A stretch of DNA of 63,317 nt, the filler included, from Phoronis australis (Eukaryota > Animalia > Phoronida): the NCBI GenBank assembly GCA_002633005.1. It is 7 parts of 7 records of this genome, joined end to end, with 100 filler letters (N's around TTAATTAATTAA, not from the genome) between each part and the next. Parts side by side here need not be neighbours in the genome. Positions count along the whole stretch, not along the records: positions 26,361 to 44,805 come from NMRA01000738.1; positions 44,906 to 52,884 come from NMRA01001953.1; 5 more parts are not named here. One strand, given 5' to 3'. Positions 39,401 through 51,535 of this stretch are shown piece by piece. Each line of letters starts with the position of its first letter. Position 1 is the first letter of the stretch. The position numbers and the translations under genes are program-made. The notes under the pieces are model-generated. The model was not told the origin of the DNA. It did not search any database and saw nothing but the letters and a program-made list of their open reading frames with translations.

Positions 39401-41476
39401 ACAATACTGCTGGGAACTACAAGCATCAAGGAAGTGCCAAGACAATCTTTCCAAATTTATGAGCAATGACTTGAACTTCTTTTTCGATCTACGGTTTGTA
39501 AATTTTTGAATTTCATTAGTCTAGTTTTTAATTCAATAAAGCATTTAGAGCTGCTCGACATTCATGAATATCACTGTTATCGTTTAGTTTCCTTCTTTGC
39601 GATATGGTGGTCTGATGATGCGGATCGAATTTTCGCAAGTCAGCCTTCAGCCTTCAACTAAGTTCAGTGACGCATGGCTATTTCTCACAAGACAGCTTCT
39701 GTGCTGTGCAGGAATGTTTTGTGTTTTTGATGAATTTGTAATCTCAACTTCCCCTCGTGAGTAGTTGGCAGTATCAAGTCGGAGGTGTATAGAGGGCGCA
39801 GCACTGAAAAAATGGGGGGGGGGCTAAAGCCCCCTCAGCCCCCTTGTAGTGCACCGCCTATGGACCACTGAAAAACTTGGACTGAAGTAATACGCTCCGC
39901 AAAATTTTTGCTTTACAAATTTTCTCGAATTTTCGAAATACATGTATAAATGATTAAGTGCACATTTTAAGGGCGTTTAGACGACCTATGCTGCAAAAAC
40001 GTAAACCCTAACAACAATTGTCCTGGCCAGGGCCCTCAAATGGTAAACCATACCCTGATACCGAGTTGTCAATGTTCTCTTGAATTTTCTCTCTGATCAG
40101 TATTCGAAGTCTTTCTTTTTTGTCTTTCCCCAGCCCCACACCTTTGTCGGTTGTCACGGTTTGACCCTGAGGGATGCAATTTTTTGGGGTGGAACGCGCC
40201 CTCCCCCCGCTTACTAAGGTCCTGATGCAAGGAGTCCATCGTTGGTACAAGGTTAATGCTGTGTTTTTGAACAACACGCACTCGTTATATAGCTTGAGCA
40301 TTAAATTAAAGGTATAAGAAATACAGGAGCAGTTTTGCGCATTTAATTGTGTGTGTAAAAGGGTTTATGAATTCGTACTGAATTTGCTGCTGCAACATGT
40401 CTCATGGGCACTGACCGCAAATGTGGACACTAATTCAGCTATTGCGCAAGTCGACTGTAACAAGGTGGCCAGTGAAAATGTAAGGCAGCACCAGGCCAGT
40501 GGGCTTGTGTGACAACTCGGATTTCTAGTCTGAAGGCAATTACCAGCATGTGCAAACAAGAATTTTGAAGTATGGATAATTTCAACAGGAGTTAGCTGTA
40601 GACTTAGTCGCGAAGCTGCCAACATTCCAGCCACGGTTACTGCCTGTCCTTCGAAGCAATTAGCACATATATATGATTTTTTAAGAATGGTAAGGGTGCG
40701 TTTTGTGTTGACGGAAATGTCCATGGTGTCGAGGAATTTGAGGCATTTAATGATGGACAACTGTTGTGGCTTAATTTGGGAGAACACATAGCAAAATTAA
40801 CTTTCAAGTATGCATACTGTGGCGGAATTAAGAAATACGATTATGGCAGTGCTAATTGTAGCAGAGCCACAAAGTGTGCTAACATGGTAGAAAATTAGGC
40901 ATAACATTTCTGCAGCAGATAAAAGGTTGATTGGCGCAGGAGAAGACTGGTGGCTTCAATGCTCAGAAAAGATTTCGGCAGGCAAGAAACTTGCCTAGAA
41001 AACGGCACAGTTGAGTCCGGGCACTCTAAAGGAAAGAACTGCAGCCAATTCCAATTATTCGGTGCAACTTCTCTCACCCGACGGCGTTGTTTCACGATAA
41101 CGCAACCTCAAACAACGTCAAAGAAACGAAACGCGGAGACTGAGATAGTACAGAGTATTAATATTTATTCTTGGACACAGGTGTCCATCTCAAAATGAAT
41201 TTCCCAGGCACGGCCATTCTTTATGTTGATAGCAATGTTTTCGTCAACTGAAGAGGAACAGGAATCATAGACATCCCGCGCGCTCTGTCTATGGTTCTGA
41301 CACTTCAAACTTTGTCAACACGATACATGTAGGTAGCCGCAGAACGTTCGATGTTGACCTCATTCTAATCTCTGCAATCCACTGTCAGGGGACGAAAACC
41401 ATTCAAAGTCCGCTCCTCGAAATAGGGCTTGCTTAGCTGGAATTCAGAACTGCGGTCATTAGAGTGTTTTCACCTC

Positions 41477-43555
41477 CAGGGACCGCTCTCCAATCTTTTT
41501 ACTCGAAATGGAACTCGAAATTAGGTTTGGCATTTTCTACTCTACTGTTGGGCGAACTCAAGATAAGTGTCTATTATTCTACGCTCGAGTATACAATAAC
41601 TTACGTTGATAATTTATTGCCTTCAGCTCACAGTTTGTAAACCCAATATTAAAGCAATAAGTTCGAGTTTGAACTCGATATTTCGAGTTTTTACTCGAGT
41701 TTGTAGCACGAATGTAAGGGTCTTCAAGGGCACACTTTAAAGGCGAAGGCAACCTTTTTTCATGTCATTTTGAGCTAAAATAAGGTTGGTTGGTTATCCT
41801 AGACATATTTTACACTTAATTACAGCTTTTCGTAATTTTATTAATTACTCGTCCGCTACTCCGGAAGTGACGTATTAGGAGGCAAGCTTTTCCCGCCACT
41901 TGGTTTTGCGTTGAGTTTACCGTGCGAATCTGTTCTATTCTACTTTTGTTTTGTGCTGTTTTTCAACAATTGTCGCCATCACTTTCCATCGGCGAGTATT
42001 CTGCGGCAAGATAGGTTAATTGAGAACTCAACTACGTTGGATTTAGGGATTNNNNNNNNNNNNNNNNNNNNNNNNNNNNNNNNNNNNNNNNNNNNNNNNN
42101 NNNNNNNNNNNNNNNNNNNNNNNNNNNNNNNNNNNNNNNNNNNNNNNNNNNNNNNNNNNNNNNNNNNNNNNNNNNNNNNNNNNNNNNNNNNNNNNNNNNN
42201 NNNNNNNNNNNNNNNNNNNNNNNNNNNNNNNNNNNNNNNNNNNNNNNNNNNNNNNNNNNNNNNNNNNNNNNNNNNNNNNNNNNNNNNNNNNNNNNNNNNN
42301 NNNNNNNNNNNNNNNNNNNNNNNNNNNNNNNNNNNNNNNNNNNNNNNNNNNNNNNNNNNNNNNNNNNNNNNNNNNNNNNNNNNNNNNNNNNNNNNNNNNN
42401 NNNNNNNNNNNNNNNNNNNNNNNNNNNNNNNNNNNNNNNNNNNNNNNNNNNNNNNNNNNNNNNNNNNNNNNNNNNNNNNNNNNNNNNNNNNNNNNNNNNN
42501 NNNNNNNNNNNNNNNNNNNNNNNNNNNNNNNNNNNNNNNNNNNNNNNNNNNNNNNNNNNNNNNNNNNNNNNNNNNNNNNNNNNNNNNNNNNNNNNNNNNN
42601 NNNNNNNNNNNNNNNNNNNNNNNNNNNNNNNNNNNNNNNNNNNNNNNNNNNNNNNNNNNNNNNNNNNNNNNNNNNNNNNNNNNNNNNNNNNNNNNNNNNN
42701 NNNNNNNNNNNNNNNNNNNNNNNNNNNNNNNNNNNNNNNNNNNNNNNNNNNNNNNNNNNNNNNNNNNNNNNNNNNNNNNNNNNNNNNNNNNNNNNNNNNN
42801 NNNNNNNNNNNNNNNNNNNNNNNNNNNNNNNNNNNNNNNNNNNNNNNNNNNNNNNNNNNNNNNNNNNGGCATCCTTCTTCAGGCGTTGTTTCGCAGGGAC
42901 CTTCATCAGTTCAGCGTACAAATCCCTTTCGTAATCGGACGGCAGAAAATGCTTGCCACACACACGGTAATTCTCGACTGCTTTGTACGTTGCGTGGACG
43001 GGTAACGCTGCGTTCTTCACACGAACGAGCCAAGTACGGCGAAGTGTGTCATCCATCGGAAAGCGATGCAAAGGTTCTCCCAAAGCGCGCGTGAGACGAT
43101 AATTAGTACATCCCGGTACGCAGCAACAGTGTGGCATGTTGACTGACTAGTAAATGAAAGCAAACGAGGACGGAACTTAACACAACCGAGGTAGAACAAT
43201 GACTGACTCGGCAGCTCTCACAGTCAGACTATATGAAAAGAAATTGGCGCGAAATGCTTGCCTCCTAAAACGTCACTTCCGGAGTAGCGGACGAGTAATT
43301 AACAAAATCGCGAAAAGCTGTAATTAAGTGGAAAATATGTCTAGGATAACCAACCAATCTTATTTTAGCTCAAAATGACATGAAAAAAGGTTGCATTCGC
43401 CTTTAACTAGAAACTCCTATGCATAAACTACATGTATACTGTATTCGAGCACAGTCAGATAACCAATCATCTTAAGTTCGCACAAAAGGAGCAGAGAAAT
43501 TGCCAAAAATAGTTTCGAGTTCGTTTCGAGTACAAAGATTAGAGACCGGGTCCTG
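41477..43555. mobile_element. ~420-bp MITE with ACTCGA repeats, split by the Kolobok insertion
   Basis: Imperfect ~65-bp inverted ends CAGGGACCGCTCTCCAATCTTTTTACTCGAAA / TTTCGAGTACAAAGATTAGAGACCGGGTCCTG; no TSD seen. Confidence 0.7.
41741..43402 (-). mobile_element. Kolobok-type DNA transposon with THAP ORF (interior mostly N gap)
   Basis: TTAA TSD, AGG...CCT termini, ~155-bp TIRs. The ORF from 43137 (minus) reads MPHCCCVPGC...HRFP...W...VCGKHF...RLKKDA, a THAP domain. Confidence 0.85.
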
Positions 43556-44098
43556 ATTGCGAAGCGATCGAGTGTTAGCTGTGGTATCTTCATCAGCGCG
43601 TGCTCTCAGCGGGACGGCCACCGCCTTATCCAATAGCGCTCGACCAACAACTGACAAGAGTCATCACTCCCACATGCAAATTTGATATGTAAATAAGGGA
43701 GTACTTGACTACTGCGCCATCTATATAAAAAGCTTAAATACCCGTGACCGCGTGTGGGAAGTTACAATTGCGTGTGCTGAAGTCTATATTTTCAAAGTGC
43801 AATTACACCACTGTTTAAGGTTGCAAAGTGAGTTTTTTGATATCCTTCTATAGAAAAAGCTTTATTCTCTCTGATGAAATGATCTGTTTCCTTTTAAACG
43901 AAACTTTAGTCCTGAAATTAGTCCGGGGAAGGAGGCCAAAAACGGCGGTTTAGCTAGTTGTCCCTTCCTGGTTATCTCTTCCTGGCTATATATAACTCAT
44001 TGGGTAAAACCTATCGTGTATTATTGCACAAATTTTCGAAATATTCATTCGGCGTAGTTGAACAGCAGGTATCCTCACCTCCAGACTTATATGTAAAC

Positions 44099-44155
44099 AT
44101 GTCTTCTAACAAAAAATCGGATCGTTTACTTCTCAGTGGGAAAGACCTGAAAAAG
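44099..44155 (+). CDS. Putative first coding exon, copy B (MSSNKKSDRLLLSGKDLKK)
   Basis: 57-bp paralogue of 36421-36477 with a GTGAG donor. Confidence 0.5.
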
Positions 44156-46324
44156 GTGAGAGTTTAAATTTTCTCTGAAATCATTTCGGCATCTGATTGC
44201 AGAGCCCACGCCCGTCACTTGTTTTACCTGAATTGAAGATTTATTGTTGACCGCATCGGCGTTAAGACGTCCTCACTCAGCGTGACCTTTCTAATTTATG
44301 GTTTCTGGTGTTAGGTATTATGATTAAGTTTTACGGGTAAGAATTAACGTTTTGAAATCCAGGCGCATGTCACTCTTATATTTTATACGTTGACAAAAAG
44401 GCACTTAAATTAGACCCTCCCGTCAGCTGTCATTACTCTAGAAATTTCCCAACGTCACAGCACCTACGGGAGGGGCGGAGCTAGAGTGGTGAACAACACT
44501 ATATCGAGAATGGTGTAGATCTGCCTCTGCAAGTTTGCATGAGCGATTCGTGTGTGCTTTTAGACATTGAACATTATACCTTTTTACCACTGAGTCAGTG
44601 GTTATAGAGGCACCAATTACGGCTAATTGTTGTCAGGCCAATTAGGCATCAGGACTTTTTTCTTTCCTCTCACGTTTGCAAATTTTATTTGTTTGCCAAC
44701 TATTTATCAAAGTTCGTGGTCTGAGCTGTTCAGTTGTAGTGTCACCCCATGGCTGGGAACAACAATGGGAAATGTACCGTTGGCCCTCCATTATCTTGTA
44801 AACATNNNNNNNNNNNNNNNNNNNNNNNNNNNNNNNNNNNNNNNNNNNNTTAATTAATTAANNNNNNNNNNNNNNNNNNNNNNNNNNNNNNNNNNNNNNN
44901 NNNNNCTGCTTAAACCAGCCTAAAACGTAGGTTGTGGGCCCGGTAAAGAAACCAACATTCCTCTTTTTGAAGGGAGGCCGCCATTGGGAAATTAAGATGC
45001 CTAGCATTTAAAAGGGCTAACGCAACAAATACGACCAAGACATTGCTCCAAAATGGAGAACTGAAGCGTAATCTGGAATCTGGTTCAACTCCCGTCCTAT
45101 GACAGGTACGCCCTCTGTCGGTCGTGAGGTCGTGAACACTGAAGTCGTGAAGTTTCGAAGCTGTCAAAGTGTTTTTAATCTTTCGGCGGGGTTAGTCATT
45201 AAACCCTTTATTATGAAGCAACTCTAGTTGACGTTTCAGGGTAGTTGTGACAAAAGCAGGAAATGGCATGAATTTAAGACACAAAGTTGGGGAAAACGAA
45301 AGGCAAGACACAATTAATTGATGGCATTACTATCAACGGCTTCAGTGGTATTTGCACACAATTCACCGAATCGGATAAACCGTAAAACTGTCGAGGCGAT
45401 ACGGGAAGTAAGAAAGGAAGATTGGGTATCCCAATAAGTGATGAGAGACAGTCACCTATAAACCGGCACATCAATGGACCCCTAAAACCGGGTCATTTGA
45501 AGAGCTTCGCTTTTATCCAGAGCGTGTAAGTTCGAGTTGTTAAAAGCTGCCCTTCCCTACGCTCGCCCGCATTACTTTCATCGAAGTTAGATTTTTCAAA
45601 AGGGGCGCAAACACGTCTCAGGTAGTTTTTTAACACAGTGGCTGTATTGAACCTTAGCGTCAGTCTCCTCTTTCATGACCTTATTTGATTGAAGAAGGGG
45701 GCCCAGGCAAAGCCGGGGCAAGTCGTGCGGTTTCGAGTCACGACCGTCCCACATTCTCTGGATCGCTTGAGTTGAGGAACAAATTTCGCACCACTTCAAC
45801 TCACATTAAAATATGCTAAAACAAAATACCGTATCCCCACATCAATTCTAGAAAAGAACAACTACGCTTCTTTTGACATAAACGGGATTCTCTACTTGCG
45901 AGCTGGCTTGTTTCGACTGCCTTAATAGGCAGGGAAATCAATAGCGATTATAGACTCACAATACACAGGTTAACTACGAAAACTGTTTAAAGTGCAAGCA
46001 GGTGGTTTTTCCCAGCTGATATACAATAGGCCAAGGTGATATAGAATGGCGGGCTAATACATTAAAATATTTTTGTTCCAATTATAAGGCGACCATTTCA
46101 GCTCACTCTTAATTTTCATAAAGAAAATCAGTTTTAATGCTTTTAGCAAAGAAATTAAAAATATTGCAAAGAGCGAATAAAATCTTCAAGAAATCCTCAG
46201 ATAAGTCGCTTATTTATAAATTGTTATCTCCTGTTGTAGGCGATTATTTGTCTTTAACCAGCTGAGTAAGTGGATAAGAGAACAGTCGATCATGCAATTA
46301 CTTTTCAGTTGTCAGGAGGTGACA

Positions 46325-47677
46325 ATGAATTCAAGACGTTTTTTTGCAAAACTTAGGCGAAACCAGGCATCGTTAGTAGTTTGTGCGATATTTTTAACAT
46401 GTGTCGTATGGATGCTAGCCGCCATGGGTTCGTTGGCACCTCACATTGCCAAAAAGCCTCAGACAGTTGAAAAGCGGGCTATTCGTCAAACCTTTCATAA
46501 ACTTGGTTTACGCAGAAGAGAAGACGGTAACGCAACGTTTCCTGTGAATTACAAAGGCAAAAACGAGACTTTCAAGTTAATGCATTCGAATCCGTTGGCG
46601 TGTGAAGTTTTTGATGAAGAAAAGGAAGTGTTTTTGTTAGTTCTCGTGACGTCGCACTCATCTAACGGAAAAAGGCGAAAACTGTTCCGGGAAACATCGG
46701 GAAGTGTCTACGAGTACAGAGGAAAAGTTATAAGAACCGTGTTCATGCTAGGATTAAGCCACGATGAAGTTAATGACGATGGGTTGTATGATTACATAGG
46801 AGACTACGGCGACGAAGAAGATGAAGAAACTGACGAGGACGGTAAAAGAGTCAACAAAGGAGCGAAATTTCAAACCAAGACTGAAAACTACAAATACAGA
46901 GATATAATTCAAGGGAATTTCGTTGAACAATACTCTCATTTGACTCTAAAAACGAGTATCGGACTTCAGTGGGCGAGGACATTTTGTGAAAAAGCAAAAT
47001 ATGTTTTAAAAACTGACGACGATGTCGTGGTTAATTACAAAAATGTAATTGACTATTTGATTAGTGTGAATCAAACAAGTACGTTATACGCGGGCGTTAT
47101 ACCAGGGGTTAGACAAAATTACAAGGACAGGATTCAGCAATGGAGAAACGACCACGACTATGAAGACGATTACGAAGGTGAAAAAAAAGATTCCGAAGAA
47201 CTTTTGAACAATCTGCCCTTTTTGGTGGACAGGAACAAATTTAACGACAGGGGCCAACCCTCACCGCCATTCTGCGCCGGTAGTGGCTACGTTTTGTCGA
47301 TGCAAGCGGTGGCGCGCATGCTCGCTGTCGCTGCGGCAATGCCATACACGCAGTTCGAGGACGTGTTCGTTGGCAAGTTAGCAAAGAAATTAGATATCGT
47401 GCCACGTGACTATTTTGGATTCCAAGAAGAGAGCACGAACTTGTTATACAATGCATGCGTTTTCAATAATTCGATCATTACGGTTGTCAGTGATAGTCAG
47501 CAGTCATTCCGTCAAATTTGGCAGGAGTTTAAGAACGCAGAAACGTCTAGAGATGACTGTTCCTGGTGGATAACGAAAACAGAAGACGAAAAAATGTCGT
47601 ACATATATAAAATGCTTGTGGGTACCAGAGACAGAGCACCAAGTGGAATACGTGATATTTATAACATGCGTGATTAA
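46325..47677 (+). CDS. GT31 beta-1,3-galactosyltransferase-like type II membrane protein, single coding exon
   Basis: N-terminal TM anchor, FLLVLVTS, DIIQGNFVEQYSHLTLKT, KTDDD, PPFCAGSGYVLS, EDVFVG. A splice acceptor at 46301-46308 favours ATG 46325 over 46292. Confidence 0.92.
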   Translation: MNSRRFFAKLRRNQASLVVCAIFLTCVVWMLAAMGSLAPHIAKKPQTVEKRAIRQTFHKLGLRRREDGNATFPVNYKGKNETFKLMHSNPLACEVFDEEKEVFLLVLVTSHSSNGKRRKLFRETSGSVYEYRGKVIRTVFMLGLSHDEVNDDGLYDYIGDYGDEEDEETDEDGKRVNKGAKFQTKTENYKYRDIIQGNFVEQYSHLTLKTSIGLQWARTFCEKAKYVLKTDDDVVVNYKNVIDYLISVNQTSTLYAGVIPGVRQNYKDRIQQWRNDHDYEDDYEGEKKDSEELLNNLPFLVDRNKFNDRGQPSPPFCAGSGYVLSMQAVARMLAVAAAMPYTQFEDVFVGKLAKKLDIVPRDYFGFQEESTNLLYNACVFNNSIITVVSDSQQSFRQIWQEFKNAETSRDDCSWWITKTEDEKMSYIYKMLVGTRDRAPSGIRDIYNMRD

Positions 47678-48850
47678 AACGATTAACTGTATAATATAAA
47701 GACAACGCTTTTAAAAGCCCATTTTATAAATGCGAATGAGCTCCAAGTACAACAACTAGGTACACAAAAAGTTTATTTGACCTACACTTTTGCTCAAGTG
47801 TAAAGCCGATTTTAATGCCACCACAAAAACTACAACAATGTGCTTATAACAACACACAAGTAGCCTTGGAATGTTCAGGCGGGTCTTCACAACTTGTTTT
47901 ATAGCGAAATAGTTGAATACGCCAAACTAAGGTAAGTGGCCTAACTCAACCAAAAACCTACCTTCGCTCTGATAAGACAATTGCAACACCTAACAGTTAT
48001 GAAACCCTCCTGTAAAACTGGATAAATAAATTAAATTCATGTACCCCAAGTAAAGTTACCAATGTTACCCTGCATGACCTCATCCACTTTCACAACAGGT
48101 GTTCAGAAACTAAGATTCCAAGATAAAGATACCATATGCAGACCCAGCGGCATTATACATAGGTGTTGTTATTTCTTGAAAACTGAATAAAATAAACACC
48201 TTTCATTATAGTGATACACAGAAACATCACAAAAATTCCTGTAAAAGTGTGCATCCCAATGACAAATATAAACAATTTCCCAATAGTCTACCAATATGTG
48301 AACAGTACAGATTTTCCTTGTCCAATCACTTTACTCATTAAAATATAAGGTTCAACTAATAACTAACCCTTCAAATTTAATGTAAGTACACAAAAATTCT
48401 CCAGTTTGGGATATTATTTCACTCAAGGTACCAAATTTGAGAAATTTGCAATATCGGGTATCCCAAATTCAAAGGCATTGAATAGCAGTTCTTACTCATT
48501 TGTAAATGATCTGTGTTACAATAAACTTTTAAATTTATTTGCAAGCAATGTTGTCCGAAAACAAACACCGTGGACAATTTTAGAGATACGATAAATGCAA
48601 AAATTGCTCACATTCCCAATTTCAGAATCAGAAAATTCAAACATTTCAGCTTGGATTTCAGAGTCCCAAGTCTTGCACACTTCCCCAAGCTGGAGAATTT
48701 TTAACCATCATCAAGTACAGTAGCCCAAGATATGTTTTTACAAGAGTGATGCAGGGCGTTCATATACTCACACCCTATGCTGTGCAAACAATTCAGAGGG
48801 AGCAACTATTGTACAGTGGCCTCTGGCGTGAAAAGCATTTTTATCAATCA

Positions 48851-49270
48851 CAAGGTACCTAAACTACACGGTCAACGGACTCATACGGACGCATGAACAC
48901 GACTCACGGACCTGCAAACACCGTCCACTGACTCACAAACACGGGAACGGACTCACAAAACACGATCCACGCACCCAAATACACGGGACACGGACTCATA
49001 TTCACGAGGAAACACGGTTAACGGACCGCCAAACACGGGTCACGGACTCATCGGCTTTCTGGGTCAGCTGACATCTTCATTTTGTCCGTGACCCGTGTTT
49101 GGCGGTCCGTTAACCGTGTTTCCTCGTGGATATGAGTTCGTGTCCCGTGTATTTGGGTGCGTGGATCGTGTTTTGTGAGTCCGTTCCCGTGTTTGTGAGT
49201 CAGTGGACGGTGTTTGCAGGTCCGTGAGTCGTGTTTATGAGTCCGTTGACGGTGTAGTTTAGGTACCTTG
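48851..49270. mobile_element. Foldback MITE with CAAGGTACC termini, copy 2
   Basis: Near-identical to 15402-15855; perfect 5-bp TSD AATCA. Confidence 0.92.
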
Positions 49271-50245
49271 AATCATAAGCAAATTGGTAAGTTTTTAATC
49301 CCTCATTAACAGAAACATGGATGGTGAATGTCAATGCAGACAAGAAGGTGGAGGACAAGACTATAATCCTCACCAGGCAGTAAAGGCACAAACGGAATTT
49401 GTTCAAGAATTACCAGGCAGTTGGTTCTGTATCATATCTGATAACTTTCATGAAAATCAATGGTTTGGCAGACGCCATGGGACACAGCACCACGTGAATT
49501 GAACAGTGTTTCATAAACAGAGGGGCAGAGACAAAATCAAATTGCCATAATCATATGTATGACTGTGTGAACACAAAATTAATAAAATTGCCATTAGCGA
49601 GTACAGTATGATCAGAACTGTCTCAAAAATAACAGTAGGCAGTGTCCCCTGTTGAATGGGAGCACAACTGTCCAATTTCATGAAGATTCATTAAAGTACT
49701 TCAGAGATGAAAAAAGAATAGTGGCAGACACAAAAGGCTTAAAATTGCCACAAGGAGGCACAACAGTAGTTGTATAAGACTGAAACTTGATGTCAGACTT
49801 CCTCTGAACATAGCACAGCGAAAGAGTCTGGATGGATGCACAGCCACCCAGACAAATGTGACACTGACATGAACCAATGTGTGTGTGTGATGTACATGTG
49901 GGCTCAAAAGAATCAACATGTGTAAAGAACACTAACACACATTAAATTCAAAAATAATGTTCAATACACAAGATTTCCCCTGAAAGTTCGAACTTGCACT
50001 GGAAACTGATACAGTAATGAAATGACTCCTGATTACAGTACACACAAGAAATTACAAGCTTAAAGTAAAAAGTAAGATTGCAACATTATTTTACAAGGCT
50101 ATGCTCGTCATACTGCAAAAGTAATGGAAGAATTAGTCTTGAAGTGAGCCTTGCTACACACTGAGCAATGCACAGAAATATCAGTTTCCTAAGAAAGCAC
50201 CTCAGACACACAGCTTTGGATTTACAATCGCTCACAGTGCCCTCT

Positions 50246-50345
50246 CTTGGAGGAAATGCACTACTGAAGGATGACGTTTGGAGGAGAGACACTACACACG
50301 GATGACGCTTGGAGGCGAGACACTATACAAGGATGACGCATGACA
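50246..50345. repeat. ~31-bp tandem repeat, about 3 copies
   Basis: GGATGACG.TTGGAGG.GAGACACTA units. Confidence 0.75.
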
Positions 50346-50850
50346 CGCACAATTGCAGGTGTGGGCATCAGTGTGCATGCCCTGGTTTGTATGTCTGTTA
50401 TAAATAAAGGGTCTGCGAAAGAGACCAAAAATTATTTTGAATTATTCTGTTGTTCTTCTTGATGTCTTCTAATCTTGAGTGACAAACAGAACATGGACTT
50501 GTCCGGAATGCATCAGTTTAGTCTGCCGCTGTTGAAGCATTCGCAAGTCACAAAGGCATCTCTCAACTTCCAGTTAACTATAACATCCAAGTGTTGCTTT
50601 ATTCTGTTAACCAATAAGAAGTTAGATTCACCATTGTTTCACAGCGCAACTCCATGTAGCACTGAATAAGAAATGTATCTCAGGTTCAGAAGTCCTCTAC
50701 ACCTTTGAGCCCAAAAACCAGTCAGACCTTTACTACGATTCTACATCCTAGACAAGTACAGCAACCTAGTTTCCTGGTGATACGTCAGTAGGGTGGCAAA
50801 AACAGCCAATAGTCCAGCATACTAGTCTGGCTACTGGACACTTCACGTGA

Positions 50851-50930
50851 TTACATCAGACCTGACCATCGAGGTAAGTAAGCACCCCAACCAACTGGTC
50901 TCCCTTGAGCATCTGAGCTTCCTTCCTCAC
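50851..50930 (-). CDS. GCC2: GCC2/GCC185 golgin, terminal coding exon
   Basis: tttacag|(G)EEGSSDAQGRPVGWGAYLPRWSGLM*; phase matches the previous exon and resembles the GCC185 GW..YL..WSGL C-terminus. Confidence 0.88.
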
Positions 50931-51426
50931 CTGTAAAAACGTAGATTCTGTACTACGGGCATATTAACAGTCAGACACCGGTGTATTTCTCGGCTGCAGT
51001 TTCAAGTTGAAAAAAAATTTTGCGGCTTCAAACCTATCAATTACATGACATGTTTCAAGTACATCAACCATCGAATTGGCACAGTCACAAAGATATTATT
51101 AGTACGGTTAACTACAGAACAGTTGGAATGTATTGTATCAGTTCACACCAGCTCCTCAGTAAAATATTTCAAGTTTACACATAAACTGTGAGGCGTGAAA
51201 ACAATTTTCACGTTTTCCATACTTTGCCATCGACCCCCCACCTAAATCACTTCGAAGAAAAATGACACAAGCAGTTCAACCAATCCTCACACCCATTCTT
51301 TCACATTTCTAGGAGACTGCCATTTTGAAGCCAAGCGAGTTTGGCAAAAATAAAATTATTTCACAAAATCCAATCGATTTACAACTCGTAAATGTCACGT
51401 TTACACAATAACTGACTGTGGATTAC

Positions 51427-51535
51427 CTCGAGCTACAGCAACCAGACTCGTCTTCTCCTCGCCGCTGAGAGTCAACATGGTGGATAGGACGGGGATCATA
51501 CGCTCTCGCTCATCGCCTGGTTGAAGTAGCAGAAA
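51427..51535 (-). CDS. GCC2: GCC2/GCC185 golgin, GRIP-domain exon
   Basis: tgcag|FLLLQPGDERERMIPVLSTMLTLSGEEKTSLVAVAR-G|gtaat. Confidence 0.9.

Larger units (their letters stand above)
38285..43984. mobile_element. 5.7-kb TIR element with 7-bp TSD, carrying nested elements
   Basis: Perfect 29-bp TIR CAGGAAGAGATAACCAGGAAGGGACAACT, TSD GCTATAT on both sides, and an empty site in unit A near 36318. Confidence 0.92.
36851..44540 (+). repeat. Tandem duplication unit B, interrupted by a 5.7-kb insertion
   Basis: Paralogous to unit A on both sides of 38285-43984. Confidence 0.9.

Noticed and set aside
40365-40787. 140-aa Cys-containing ORF inside the 5.7-kb element (MYND-like CANC)
   Set aside because: Cys/His spacing does not complete a zinc finger, and there are no transposase motifs.
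41911-43005. Long ORFs of 297-364 aa
   Set aside because: Artefacts of translating through the N gap; only the THAP start from 43137 is real.
45000-45830. Coding-like stretch upstream of the GT31 gene
   Set aside because: Only short ORFs in any frame and no recognisable domain.
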